Shown piece by piece: positions 9,546 through 18,254 of a DNA stretch of 64,000 nucleotides. The translations under genes were made by a program, and so were the position numbers. Where the stretch lies: positions 199,208-263,207 of the forward strand of contig CAVSCJ010000001.1 in assembly GCA_963726435.1 (NCBI GenBank), read 5' to 3'. Every line of letters begins with the position of its first letter. Position 1 is the first letter of the stretch. Source of the stretch: an uncultured Coriobacteriia bacterium (lineage in GTDB: Bacteria; Actinomycetota; Coriobacteriia; Anaerosomatales; PALSA-660). Below the pieces are notes generated by a model. The model did not search any database and was not told where the DNA came from. It worked only from the letters and a program-made list of their open reading frames with translations.

Positions 9546-10286
9546 CTAGCCGAAGAACGCCCCGAGGATGCCCGCGACGAAGATGGCCGGCATCAGATTG
9601 CCGACGGGCAGGCGCTTTACGCCCATGAGGTCCATGCCGATCGCCAGGATCAGCGTCCCGCCCACCATCGACATCGAGGAGATCACCCCTGTAGTCAGGA
9701 GCGGCTGCAGGGCGTGCGCGCCGAGAGCGATCCCGCCCTGCACGATGATGATCGGGACGATCGAGAACCCGACGCCGATCCCGAGCGCGCTCGCGAGAGC
9801 GATCGAGGCCACGCCGTCGAGCAGCGCCTTGAGGTAGAGCAGGTTCGGCGAGCCCATGCCGTCCTGCAGCGAGCCGAGGATCGTCATCGTCCCCACGCAG
9901 AAGAGCAGCGATGCGACGACGAACCCTTCGACCATCTGGTGCTCGCCCTCACCCGCCGCGCTCTTGAGGAACGGCACCTTCACCGCCATCGAGCGCAGCC
10001 AGTGCCCGAACCGCTCGAGCGCCGCCTCGACCCCCACGGCCTCTCCAGTGAGGCCGCCGATGACGAGCGAGCCCACGAGCACGAGGAACGCGTACTTCGA
10101 CCCTGCCGCGTCGGCCTTGATCAACCCGCCGATGACCATCGTCGCGCCGATCGAGAAGGTCGAGAGGCCGAGTGCGTAGAAGGCGATCTTCCGGAATCGC
10201 TCGGTAATGAAGCGCCCAAAGGCAAGACCGATCGCGGATCCCACGATGACGGTGATGACGTTGGCGATGACACCCAGGCCCGGCAC
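9546..10286 (-). CDS. DUF554 family membrane protein (YdfK/YqgA-like)
   Basis: 246-aa polytopic membrane ORF. The N-terminus MPGLGVIANVITVIVGSAIGLAFGRFITERFR... and overall layout match DUF554. Confidence 0.7.
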   Translation of the reverse strand: MPGLGVIANVITVIVGSAIGLAFGRFITERFRKIAFYALGLSTFSIGATMVIGGLIKADAAGSKYAFLVLVGSLVIGGLTGEAVGVEAALERFGHWLRSMAVKVPFLKSAAGEGEHQMVEGFVVASLLFCVGTMTILGSLQDGMGSPNLLYLKALLDGVASIALASALGIGVGFSIVPIIIVQGGIALGAHALQPLLTTGVISSMSMVGGTLILAIGMDLMGVKRLPVGNLMPAIFVAGILGAFFG

Positions 10287-10289
10287 TTC

Positions 10290-10781
10290 TTAGGACTCCT
10301 CCTTCGGCAACCATGCGTCCGCAAGTTCCTTGGTGATCTCCGCATGCCCTTCAGGCAGCCCGCTCGACGCAACGTTCGCATCGCGGCGCTTGGCTCGCGT
10401 CTGCGGAGCGCCTTCGAACAGCGTGGAGGTCGGCAACGTCGCTGTTGAGCGGCCCTTGCGCTCCCTGACCCGCGACTTCAGCTCCCGGTCGGCCGTCACT
10501 ATCGTGACCGGTCCTTCCGCGGCCTCGGCCATCCGCACTATCACGTCGTCGGCCGTCTCATCGAGCGAGAAGACCGCCTCGACACCGGGCAGCGACTCCT
10601 CGCCGGCTCGCAGGCCCTTGTCCCAGACCACGACGATCCTACCCGGGCCAAGAAGGCCGCGGCCGCGCGCGGCCAGGCGGCGCATCAGCGCCAGCCTCTG
10701 GTCGTCGGGGAGCAGGCGGCGAGTGGCGTCGTCCGCCCGGGTCACGTTGTATCCGTCAACGAGGAAGAGCATGTGCGCCAT
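10290..10781 (-). CDS. NYN-domain / YacP-like predicted ribonuclease
   Basis: MLFLVDGYNVTRADD...IVVVWDKG...VFSLDETADDVIV...VTIVTADRELKSRV fits the YacP/NYN pattern. The start is uncertain (10781, 10772 or the track start 10832). Confidence 0.65.
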   Translation of the reverse strand: MAHMLFLVDGYNVTRADDATRRLLPDDQRLALMRRLAARGRGLLGPGRIVVVWDKGLRAGEESLPGVEAVFSLDETADDVIVRMAEAAEGPVTIVTADRELKSRVRERKGRSTATLPTSTLFEGAPQTRAKRRDANVASSGLPEGHAEITKELADAWLPKEES

Positions 10782-10852
10782 GTTACGCGAAAGCCGGGGC
10801 CCGGCCCCGCTGCGACGCGGTGCCGGGCCCACGTGCCATCGCGCGGGTCGCG

Positions 10853-11638
10853 CTACGTCGCCGAGCCGGCCCGGAATGACTTGGCCAGGCTTTCGGCCAT
10901 CGTCACGAACTCCGACGGCATCATGATGATCGTGGTCGTGTTCTGCTCCGCGCCCACCTCGGTGATCATCTGCATGCGGCGCAGCTCGAGGCCGAGCGGG
11001 TTCTCGGTGATGATCTTGGCCGCGTCAGCGAGCTTCGATGACGACTCGAGCTCGGCTTCGGCCTTGATGATGCGGGCGCGCTTCTCGCGCATGGCCTGCG
11101 CTTCCTGAGCCATCGCGCGCTGCATGCTGATCGGGATCTCGACGTCCTTCATCTCGACCATCTCGACCTTGACGCCCCACGGCTCGGTGGCCTGGTCGAC
11201 GACCGCCTGCAGCGACTCGTTGATCTTGTCGCGCTCCTTGAGCACCTCGTCGAGCACGTGCTGCCCGATGATGTTGCGTAGCGAGGTCAGCGCGACCTGA
11301 TACGACGCCGCGTAGTAGTTGGCGACCGAGACGACCGACTTGATCGGGTCGACGATCTTGAGCCAGACGACGGCGTTGACCTTCACCGTGACCGAGTCCT
11401 TGGTGATCGACTCCTGGCTCTCCATGTCCACGGTCATCGTGCGCAGGTCGACTTTGCGCTGCGTCTCGATGCCGAGCGGGATCAGCCAGTACAGGCCCGG
11501 CCCGCGCAGGCCCTTCAGGCGGCCGAGACGGAACACGACCGCGCGCTCGTACTCGTTGGCGACCCGCAGCCCCGAGATGGCGATGAAGACGATGAGTGCC
11601 AACCCGAGACCGAAGCAACCGAACAGGAACTCCGCCAT
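10853..11638 (-). CDS. SPFH/band-7 (stomatin/prohibitin-like) membrane protein
   Basis: 261-aa ORF with an N-terminal TM helix followed by RVANEYERAVVFRLGRLKGLRGPGLYWLIP...ITKDSVTVKVNAVVWLKIVDP...PWGVKVEMVEMKDVEIP...AMAQEAQAMREKRARIIKAEAE. Confidence 0.85.
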   Translation of the reverse strand: MAEFLFGCFGLGLALIVFIAISGLRVANEYERAVVFRLGRLKGLRGPGLYWLIPLGIETQRKVDLRTMTVDMESQESITKDSVTVKVNAVVWLKIVDPIKSVVSVANYYAASYQVALTSLRNIIGQHVLDEVLKERDKINESLQAVVDQATEPWGVKVEMVEMKDVEIPISMQRAMAQEAQAMREKRARIIKAEAELESSSKLADAAKIITENPLGLELRRMQMITEVGAEQNTTTIIMMPSEFVTMAESLAKSFRAGSAT

Positions 11639-11720
11639 TTGAGGTACTCCCTCCCCCGCGGCGCCGCCGACCGGCGCTGCACGTCACAGTATATGCACGG
11701 CGGACACGGCGCCGAGTCTC

Positions 11721-12068
11721 CTATGCGGAGCCGGGCGGGCCGGCGCACTCCGACTCGACGCGCGTCTTCACCGACAGGAGCCATTCGGCTATCCCGGCGC
11801 CTCCGTCGAGCATCCGGAAATGCTGGATCGCGCAACGCTGCACGTCCGGCTCCTCGGCGACACCGATCTGCTCGACCAAGCGCCAGTAGACGCACTCATC
11901 CTCGTCGCACAGGACCCCAGGGATCCCGCACGTTGCTCTCAGCAGGCATTCCGGCATCGCGATCCTCGTTTCCTCTCGCGTCCACTCGTAGCACGTACTG
12001 TAGCGGTCACCTCCGGCTGGGGCATATAGGCCGCAGACGTGCGCATCCTTCGAGAGGACAACCATCAT
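11721..12068 (-). CDS. Hypothetical Cys-rich (8 Cys) small protein
   Basis: The ORF has plausible, non-Arg-rich composition: MMVVLSKDAHVCGLYAPAGGDRYSTCYEWTREETRIAMPECLLRATCGIPGVLCDEDECVYW.... I recognise no family. Its ATG pair overlaps the bcp ATG on the other strand (CATCATGG at 12063-12070). Confidence 0.4.
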   Translation of the reverse strand: MMVVLSKDAHVCGLYAPAGGDRYSTCYEWTREETRIAMPECLLRATCGIPGVLCDEDECVYWRLVEQIGVAEEPDVQRCAIQHFRMLDGGAGIAEWLLSVKTRVESECAGPPGSA

Positions 12069-12540
12069 GGCCGGTTCACTCCCCATGCCCCGAGTCGGCG
12101 AGCAGGCGCCCGAGATCGACGCCGAGCTCACTGGCGGCGGGCGCTTCCGACTCGCCGACCAACGAGGGCGCTGGGTGGTCCTTTACTTCTACCCGCGCGC
12201 CAACACTCCCGGTTGATGCCATGAAGCCGACGACTTCCAGAAGCACGTCGAAGTCCTGGAGTCGTTGAACGCCCTGGTCGTGGGCGTGAGCGCCGACAGC
12301 GTCGAGGTACAGCGCAAGTTCATGAAGCGGTTCTCGGTCACCTTCCCGATGATCTCCGACACCGAGAAGCAGGTCATCAGCGCCTGGGGGGCGCGCGAGA
12401 TCCTCGGCATCGTGGCGAAACGTTCGACGTTCCTGATCGACCCCGATGGCAGGATCGCGCACGTGTGGCCGAGGGTCAGCGTCGAGGGCCACGCCGACGA
12501 CGTGGTCGCCACACTGCGCACGGCGCAGCAGCAGGGCTGA
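12067..12540 (+). CDS. bcp: Bcp/PrxQ-type peroxiredoxin with in-frame TGA (12214-12216) at the peroxidatic-Cys position; candidate selenocysteine protein
   Basis: ATG 12067 (RBS GAGAGGA) reads ...RWVVLYFYPRANTPG-TGA-CHEADDFQKHVEVLESL and continues in the same frame into track ORF 12265..12540. There are no other stops. It aligns column for column with E. coli Bcp VLVYFYPKAMTPGCTVQAC. Confidence 0.7.
12228..12267 (+). other. Candidate bacterial SECIS hairpin downstream of the bcp TGA
   Basis: 12228-12240 (CGACGACTTCCAG) pairs with 12256-12267 (CTGGAGTCGTTG): 12 bp including one G-U pair, plus one bulged U at 12235. The loop is 15 nt and contains G and U. The stem starts 11 nt after the TGA. 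Confidence 0.45.
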
Positions 12541-12600
12541 TCCCGCAGGTCGCTTCAGCGGCGAGTGCGCGCAAGCGTGCGAGCCCGCTGGAAGCGGCCC

Positions 12601-12972
12601 TTACTTGACGTTCACTGTCCCCGTCATGGACGGGTGGATCGTGCAGCGGATCGGGAAGGACCCCGCTGTCGGGAAGGTCTGCGAGAAGCTCTTGCCGGGA
12701 TCGAGTGGGCCGCTGGACCACGTGTCGCCCGCGACATTGTGCTGCACCGAGTCGTTGTTCATGAATGTCACGGTTCCGCCGACCGCCACGTCGACCTGCG
12801 CAGGGTTGAAGCTGATGTTCTCGAGAGAGACCGTCACGCTCGACGGAGCGGTTCCACCGGTCGTGGTCCCACCGGTCGTTGTCCCCGACGTCGAAGCGCC
12901 ACTCGAGCAGGCCCCGAGCGCGAGCACGAACACGGAAGCGAGAACGAGGACCAGTACTGTGAATCGACGCAT
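12601..12972 (-). CDS. Cupredoxin-fold (plastocyanin/amicyanin-like) blue-copper lipoprotein
   Basis: Signal peptide with lipobox LALGAC and a Thr/Gly linker. Type-1 Cu ligand pattern: ...SVQHNV... and RCTIHPSMTG (Cys-x2-His-x2-Met). The ATG at 12972 follows GGAAGGA. The track start at 12981 lies inside that RBS. Confidence 0.75.
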   Translation of the reverse strand: MRRFTVLVLVLASVFVLALGACSSGASTSGTTTGGTTTGGTAPSSVTVSLENISFNPAQVDVAVGGTVTFMNNDSVQHNVAGDTWSSGPLDPGKSFSQTFPTAGSFPIRCTIHPSMTGTVNVK

Positions 12973-13079
12973 CGTCGGCATCCTTCCGATCGCCTGTCGT
13001 GACCGTCACTTCATACCCACCAGGGCGCCGCACGCTATCCTTCAAGCGCATGGATCGTTGGCGATGAGGGAGTGACGAG

Positions 13080-14843
13080 TTGTCGAACCGCCTGGCAGGG
13101 TCGGAAAGTCCCTATCTACGGCTTCACGCCGACGATCCGGTGGACTGGTTCGAATGGGGCGGGGAGGCCTTTGCGCGCGCCCGGGACCTGGACCGTCCGG
13201 TTCTGCTGTCCTGCGGCTACTCGGCCTGTCACTGGTGCCACGTCATGCAAGCCGAGTCGTTCAAGGACCCGGAGACGGCCGCCCTGCTCAACGAGCGGTA
13301 CGTAGCCGTCAAGGTCGACCGCGAACTGCGCCCCGACATCGACGCGGTGTACCAGGACTACGTCCAGGCCACGGCCGGACGGGGGGGATGGCCGCTCACC
13401 GTGTGGCTGACCCCCGACAAGGCCCCGATCTTCGGCGGGACCTACTTCCCGAAGGAGACGTCGCACGGGATCAACGGCTTTCGAGAGGTGCTGACGGCGC
13501 TCGCCACCTCGTGGGTGGACGACCGAGCGGATGTCGACACGACCGCGGAGGCTGCGCTCGCGTTCCTAGGTCAGCAGACGGCCCGGCGGCGCGAAGAGCC
13601 CATCGACCGTGCCACGATCGACTCCTCGGTCGACTACTTGATGCAACGCCTGGACCCGCGGTACGGCGGACTCAAGGGAGCTCAGAAATTCCCGCAGCTG
13701 CCTGCGGTCGAGTTCCTCACCGCCTATGCGGGACTCGTCTCGGACTCCGAGTTGTCGTTCGTCATCGAGCAGGAGATGCTCGCCATCGTGCGAGGTGGGA
13801 TCTTCGACCAGGTCGGGGGAGGCGTCCACCGCTACACGGTGGACGAGAAGTGGCGCACCCCCCATTTCGAGAAGATGCTCTACGATCAGGGCCTCCTGCT
13901 CTCCGCGCTCTCTTGGGCCGCTCCGCTCGCCTCATCGCCGGAGGTCCGTGGGGAGTACGCGCGCGCCGCTAAGGCCACCGCGACCTTCCTCGGCGCCGAG
14001 ATGACCGGCCCCAGCGGGCTGCTGTACGCAGCGCTCTCGGCAGACACGGGCGGCGTCGAAGGCGCGACGTACACCTGGACCCGCGGACAACTGGCCTCCG
14101 TCCTCAACAGCGAGGAACTCGCGGTGGCGGACAAGGTGCTGGGGGCGGACGACGCGGCGGACGACGAGCCGGTGACCCTGGTCAGGCGCGAGGCCGGTGA
14201 GGCGACGACGCAGGCGGTCGATGCCGTGATCGCGAGACTGGCCACGGCGCGGACACTGAGACCGCAGCCGCAGGCCGACACCAAGACTCTCACGGCGTGG
14301 AACGCGATCGCGGCGCGCGGGCTGATGGACGCCGGCAAGGCTTTCGACGTGCCGGAGATGGTCGCCGAGGGCCTGTCCCTCACGCGCCGGCTGCTGGAGG
14401 TGGCCGTCACCCCCGACGGCGTGCTGCGAGAGCCGACCGACTCCTCCGTTGCACGCGTAAGGCTGCTCGAGGACGCAGCGCATCTGGTCTCGGCCATGCT
14501 CACCGCCGCGGACATCGGGGGTGCGAGCGAGATGCGCGACGACGCCCGCTCTCTCCACCTCGACGCCCTCGAGCGATTCGCGGAGGGCCATATCCTCTAC
14601 ATGACACCCGACGCCGGAGATCTGCCTGTCCGGCCCCGTGAGGGCGGCGACAGCGCCATGCCGGCCGGCTCGTCGACCACCATCCAGAACGCTGTGAGGC
14701 TGGGCCTGGCGGAAGGAGACGCCTCGCAGCTGGCATTCGCTCGGGCGGCGCTCGGCCAGGCATGGGCGGTCGCGGACTTCGCACCCGAGCAGGCTGGCCG
14801 TTCGCTCGCGGCCGCCGTAGCGCTGGAGCTCGCGGGCGGGTGA
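13080..14843 (+). CDS. Thioredoxin-domain protein, YyaL/DUF255 (SSP411-like) family
   Basis: 587-aa ORF with a TTG start after [59 protein letters not shown] is the family hallmark. The C-terminal part looks like the family's alpha/alpha-barrel region. Confidence 0.85.
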   Translation: MSNRLAGSESPYLRLHADDPVDWFEWGGEAFARARDLDRPVLLSCGYSACHWCHVMQAESFKDPETAALLNERYVAVKVDRELRPDIDAVYQDYVQATAGRGGWPLTVWLTPDKAPIFGGTYFPKETSHGINGFREVLTALATSWVDDRADVDTTAEAALAFLGQQTARRREEPIDRATIDSSVDYLMQRLDPRYGGLKGAQKFPQLPAVEFLTAYAGLVSDSELSFVIEQEMLAIVRGGIFDQVGGGVHRYTVDEKWRTPHFEKMLYDQGLLLSALSWAAPLASSPEVRGEYARAAKATATFLGAEMTGPSGLLYAALSADTGGVEGATYTWTRGQLASVLNSEELAVADKVLGADDAADDEPVTLVRREAGEATTQAVDAVIARLATARTLRPQPQADTKTLTAWNAIAARGLMDAGKAFDVPEMVAEGLSLTRRLLEVAVTPDGVLREPTDSSVARVRLLEDAAHLVSAMLTAADIGGASEMRDDARSLHLDALERFAEGHILYMTPDAGDLPVRPREGGDSAMPAGSSTTIQNAVRLGLAEGDASQLAFARAALGQAWAVADFAPEQAGRSLAAAVALELAGG

Positions 14844-14864
14844 GCGCCCGCGGCGGGACGGACC

Positions 14865-15749
14865 CTACCCCTGCTTCACCGCTTGGATGACGAAGTGACA
14901 TGTCGTGAGCAGACGATCCGGCAGGCCAGACAGCTTCGCCCGCCAGTCGTCATTCAACAGGGACGCTCCTTCGCGCTCGAAGTCGGCGTCTCCTTCGAGC
15001 GACTGGTTGCTCGCAGCCCCGACAACTCGGAGCACGCGCAGGCGCTTCTCGAACTCCGTCCGGATCTCGTCCGGCTTCTTCTTGTTCAGGAAGCAGGCCG
15101 GAGGCGACTCTCCGGTCACATGGCCCCAAGGGGACGCGGCCACGTCGGCCTCGAAGCGGTGGCCGCCTGACGGACTGTAGAAGTTGTGCCAGAGCATGTC
15201 GACGACTCCGCCGGGACTGAGGACTCGTGCAGCCTCTTCGACGAAGGCCGACAGATCCTCCACGTGTTCGAGGACCGCGTTGGAGTAGATGACCGAGAAC
15301 GCTTCATCCGCGAACGGCAGATGACACCCATCGTAGGTGTGCAGCGACAGCGCCTGGTGATCAACGTCCACGCCGGAGAGAGCCGCGAGCTCCGCGTGGT
15401 ACCGCAGGGACTCGCTGTACCCGGGACCTGCACAGTTGAGCGCCCTCAACAGGCCCTTCTCCCGCATTCCCCTGCGAAAGGCGGCAGGTCTCCCGTCACG
15501 GAAGAACACCGGCTCGACGTCGACGCCGCACACATCGATGCCCTCCGCTTTGAAGAGTATGACGTTCGGGTACCCGTAGCCGCAGCCCAGGTCCAGCATG
15601 CCCAGCTCGCTCGACAACGGCTTCCCCAGGAGCCCCTCAAGGCGAGCCCGTAGCTTCGGATGCACGTTCTCGACGTCTTGGACGGCGTGTCTGCGAGCCC
15701 GGTCCGCCGAGCCCGCGACCGAAAGCACCGTACGCAACTTCCCGCCCAC
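14865..15749 (-). CDS. Class I SAM-dependent methyltransferase
   Basis: Motif I MLDLGCGYGYP, and motif post-II/III FSVIYSNAVLEHVEDL...LSPGGVV. GTG start preceded by GAGAGGGG. Confidence 0.75.
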   Translation of the reverse strand: MGGKLRTVLSVAGSADRARRHAVQDVENVHPKLRARLEGLLGKPLSSELGMLDLGCGYGYPNVILFKAEGIDVCGVDVEPVFFRDGRPAAFRRGMREKGLLRALNCAGPGYSESLRYHAELAALSGVDVDHQALSLHTYDGCHLPFADEAFSVIYSNAVLEHVEDLSAFVEEAARVLSPGGVVDMLWHNFYSPSGGHRFEADVAASPWGHVTGESPPACFLNKKKPDEIRTEFEKRLRVLRVVGAASNQSLEGDADFEREGASLLNDDWRAKLSGLPDRLLTTCHFVIQAVKQG

Positions 15750-15876
15750 GGAGGCCCCTCTCGCTGCGAAGCTTCACCGACCAAGACCGCAGCCGTCACG
15801 TATCGGGCGCGATTGTACCGCCTGACGCCCCGCACGTCGCGAGCTACGATCTCGTCCCCGGTGATGCTCGGAAACG

Positions 15877-17094
15877 CTATCGCCGGCGGCGCCGGCCCAT
15901 GACGCGCCCGCCGAACGCTTTGCGCTTCTTGCGCATCGCGAGCCGGCCCGCCCGCGGAACCGCCCGCTCACGGTAGGGGAAACCTTCGAGCTCCTCCACC
16001 GGGATCTCGGTGTCGATGAGCATCTCGATGGCATCGAGTTCGGGGAACTCGCGGATGTCGACGAAGGTGAACGCGGTCCCCGACGCCCCGGCGCGCGCGG
16101 TGCGGCCGATGCGGTGGACGTAGTCCTCCGGGTTGTTCGGCACGTCGTAGTTCACGACGTGGCTGATGCCCTCGATGTCGATCCCCCGCGAGACGACGTC
16201 GGTCGCCACCAGGACGCGGACCTTGCCTGCGCGGAACCGCTCGAGCGCCTTGGTACGCTGCTCCTGGGTCCTGTCCGAATGGATGGTCACGGTCGGGATG
16301 CCCGCGCGCTGCAGACCGAGCGCCACCGCGTCGCTGCGCTGCTTCGTGCGGCAGAAGACAAGCGTCGAGTCGAAGTCGCCGTGCGCCTCCATCAGCGCGA
16401 CCATCAGATCGACCTTCTGGGACGCGTCCACCGGATAGAGAGCCTGATGGATCAGGTCGATGGGCACGTTGGGGGGTGACACCTCGACGCGCACGGGCTC
16501 GTCGAGTGCGTTGTGGACGATCCGCAGGACCTCGGGGGCCATTGTGGCGGAGAACAGCATGGTCTGCCGCTTGGCGGGCAGGGCAGCCAAGATGCGCCGC
16601 ACGTCGGGCCAGAAGCCCATGTCGAGCATGCGGTCCGCCTCGTCGAGCACCAGGATCTCGACGCGGTCCAACTTGGCGTTGCCGCGCTTCATGAGGTCCA
16701 GAAGGCGCCCCGGGGTCGCGACGAGCAGGTCGACACCGTCTTTGAGCGCCTTGATCTGCGGATCGAGTGACACGCCGCCCACGGCTGCGAGGATCTTGTG
16801 CCCGGTATGGCTGCTCATCGCGGTCGCAAAGACCTCGGTCTGTTGGGCGAGCTCGCGAGTCGGGGCGACCACCAGCGTGCGCAGAACCCCGTCGGCCGGG
16901 GTGCGCTGCAGCGCCGGCAGCACGAAGGCGGCGGTCTTGCCGGTCCCGGTCTGCGCGCAGCCGACGACGTCGCGGCCGGCGAGCGCGTAGGGCATCGCCT
17001 CTTCTTGGATCGGCGTCGGCGTCTCATAGCCGAGCTCACGCACGCCCGCGAGGAGCGCGGGTGTCAATCCCAGTTCCTCGAAGCTCACGAGCAT
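15877..17094 (-). CDS. DEAD-box ATP-dependent RNA helicase (RhlE-like) with a basic C-terminal tail
   Basis: From the ATG at 17094: MLVSFEELGLTPALL...TPIQEEA...AQTGTGKT...PTRELA...VLDEADRMLDMGF...SAT...HRIGRTARAG, ending in an RRRRR tail. The track merges it with the upstream aldolase into a 748-aa ORF. Confidence 0.85.
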   Translation of the reverse strand: MLVSFEELGLTPALLAGVRELGYETPTPIQEEAMPYALAGRDVVGCAQTGTGKTAAFVLPALQRTPADGVLRTLVVAPTRELAQQTEVFATAMSSHTGHKILAAVGGVSLDPQIKALKDGVDLLVATPGRLLDLMKRGNAKLDRVEILVLDEADRMLDMGFWPDVRRILAALPAKRQTMLFSATMAPEVLRIVHNALDEPVRVEVSPPNVPIDLIHQALYPVDASQKVDLMVALMEAHGDFDSTLVFCRTKQRSDAVALGLQRAGIPTVTIHSDRTQEQRTKALERFRAGKVRVLVATDVVSRGIDIEGISHVVNYDVPNNPEDYVHRIGRTARAGASGTAFTFVDIREFPELDAIEMLIDTEIPVEELEGFPYRERAVPRAGRLAMRKKRKAFGGRVMGRRRRR

Positions 17095-18123
17095 CCTTCC
17101 ATCGCGGCGGGGATCGCCGCTGTGAAGCGGTCCACATCCTCTTCGGTCGTGTCCCACGAGCACACCCAGCGCACGACGACACGGTCGCCGCGCACCTCCC
17201 AGTCGTAGAAGTCGGTGACTGCGCGCAGGCGCTGCATCGCCTCGTGCGGCAGCAGGGCGAAGACCTCGTTGGCCTGCGGCTCCCAGGCCAGCTCGACGCC
17301 GGCCTCGCGAGCTCCGGCGGCCAGTCGGGCTGCCATCTCGTTCGCGTGCGAGGCCATCTCGCGCCAGAGGCTCGAGCCGTAGATCGGCGGCGAACTGCGC
17401 GCCGATGAAGCGCATCTTGCTCGCCAGCTGCCCGCCGCTCTTGCGCTCGTACGGGAAGCTGTCGGCCAGTCCCGGCGCCAGCAGGCACACGGCCTCGCCG
17501 AAGAGCAGCCCGTTCTTGGTGCCGCCGAACGAGAGCACGTCCACGCCCGCGTCGGTCGTCAGAGAGCTGATGGGCAGGCCGAGGGCCACCGCGGCGTTGG
17601 AGATCCGCGCGCCGTCCATGTGCAGGTACATCGCGTTGTCGTGAGCGAGATCGGCGAGCGCCCGCACCTCGTCCGCCGTGTAGACCACCCCGGTCTCCGC
17701 CACCTGGGAGATCGAGATCACGCGTGGCTGGACGTGGTGCATGTTGCCGTGCGCGGAGAGCAGCGGCTCGACGTCGGCCGGGCGCAGCTTGCCGTCTGCA
17801 GTGGAGAGGACGGTCACTTTGCAGCCCGTGAAGCGCTCGGGAGCGCCACACTCGTCCACGGCGACGTGCGCGGTATCGGGCGTGACGATGCAGTCGCCGT
17901 GGCCGAGCAGCGACGAGAGCCCGGTGACGTTCGCGCCGGTCCCGTTGAACACGAAGAAGACATCCGCGGCTTCGCCGACGTGCGAGCGGATGGCACGCAC
18001 GCCGCGCGCGGTCCACGGGTCGTCACCGTAGGCGTGAACGTGCCCGTCGTTCGCCTCGGCTATGGCGATCAGGGCAGCCGGATGCGCCCCCGAGTTGTTG
18101 TCTGATGCGAAGGTCCTGCTCAC
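17085..18123 (-). CDS. ltaE: Threonine aldolase-family PLP enzyme, one frameshift near 17385 as sequenced
   Basis: N-terminal 245 aa in the 18123 frame: FASDNNSGAHP...FVFNGTGANV...HMDGARISNA...DVLSFGGTKNG...KMRFIGAQFAA. The C-terminal 90 aa are in the frame of track ORF 17085..17357: (I)YGSSLWREMASHANEMAARL...VRWVCSWDTTEEDVDRF. One extra nucleotide at about 17385 separates the two parts. Confidence 0.7.
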
Positions 18124-18254
18124 GCTGGTATGCCCCTGGCCTTTGGCTTGCGTCTCGATCGCCAGTCTACCGCAGCGACGACGGACGGCAGCGGGCCGCG
18201 GACGCGCCCGAGAAGGAATAGAGTGCGGGGAGAGTCCCTGGGACCGGAGATGCC

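Noticed and set aside
13135-13160. GGTTCGAAT string reminiscent of a tRNA T-arm
   Set aside because: It lies inside the conserved YyaL motif (VDWFEWGG) and no cloverleaf can be drawn around it. I found no tRNA elsewhere in the window.
15877-18123. 748-aa ORF that looks like a threonine-aldolase::DEAD-box-helicase fusion protein
   Set aside because: The middle ~100 residues are Arg/Gly-rich noise. The genuine aldolase C-terminus is in another frame (17085..17357). The helicase has its own ATG at 17094 overlapping the aldolase stop. The apparent fusion is produced by the 1-nt frame disruption at ~17385.
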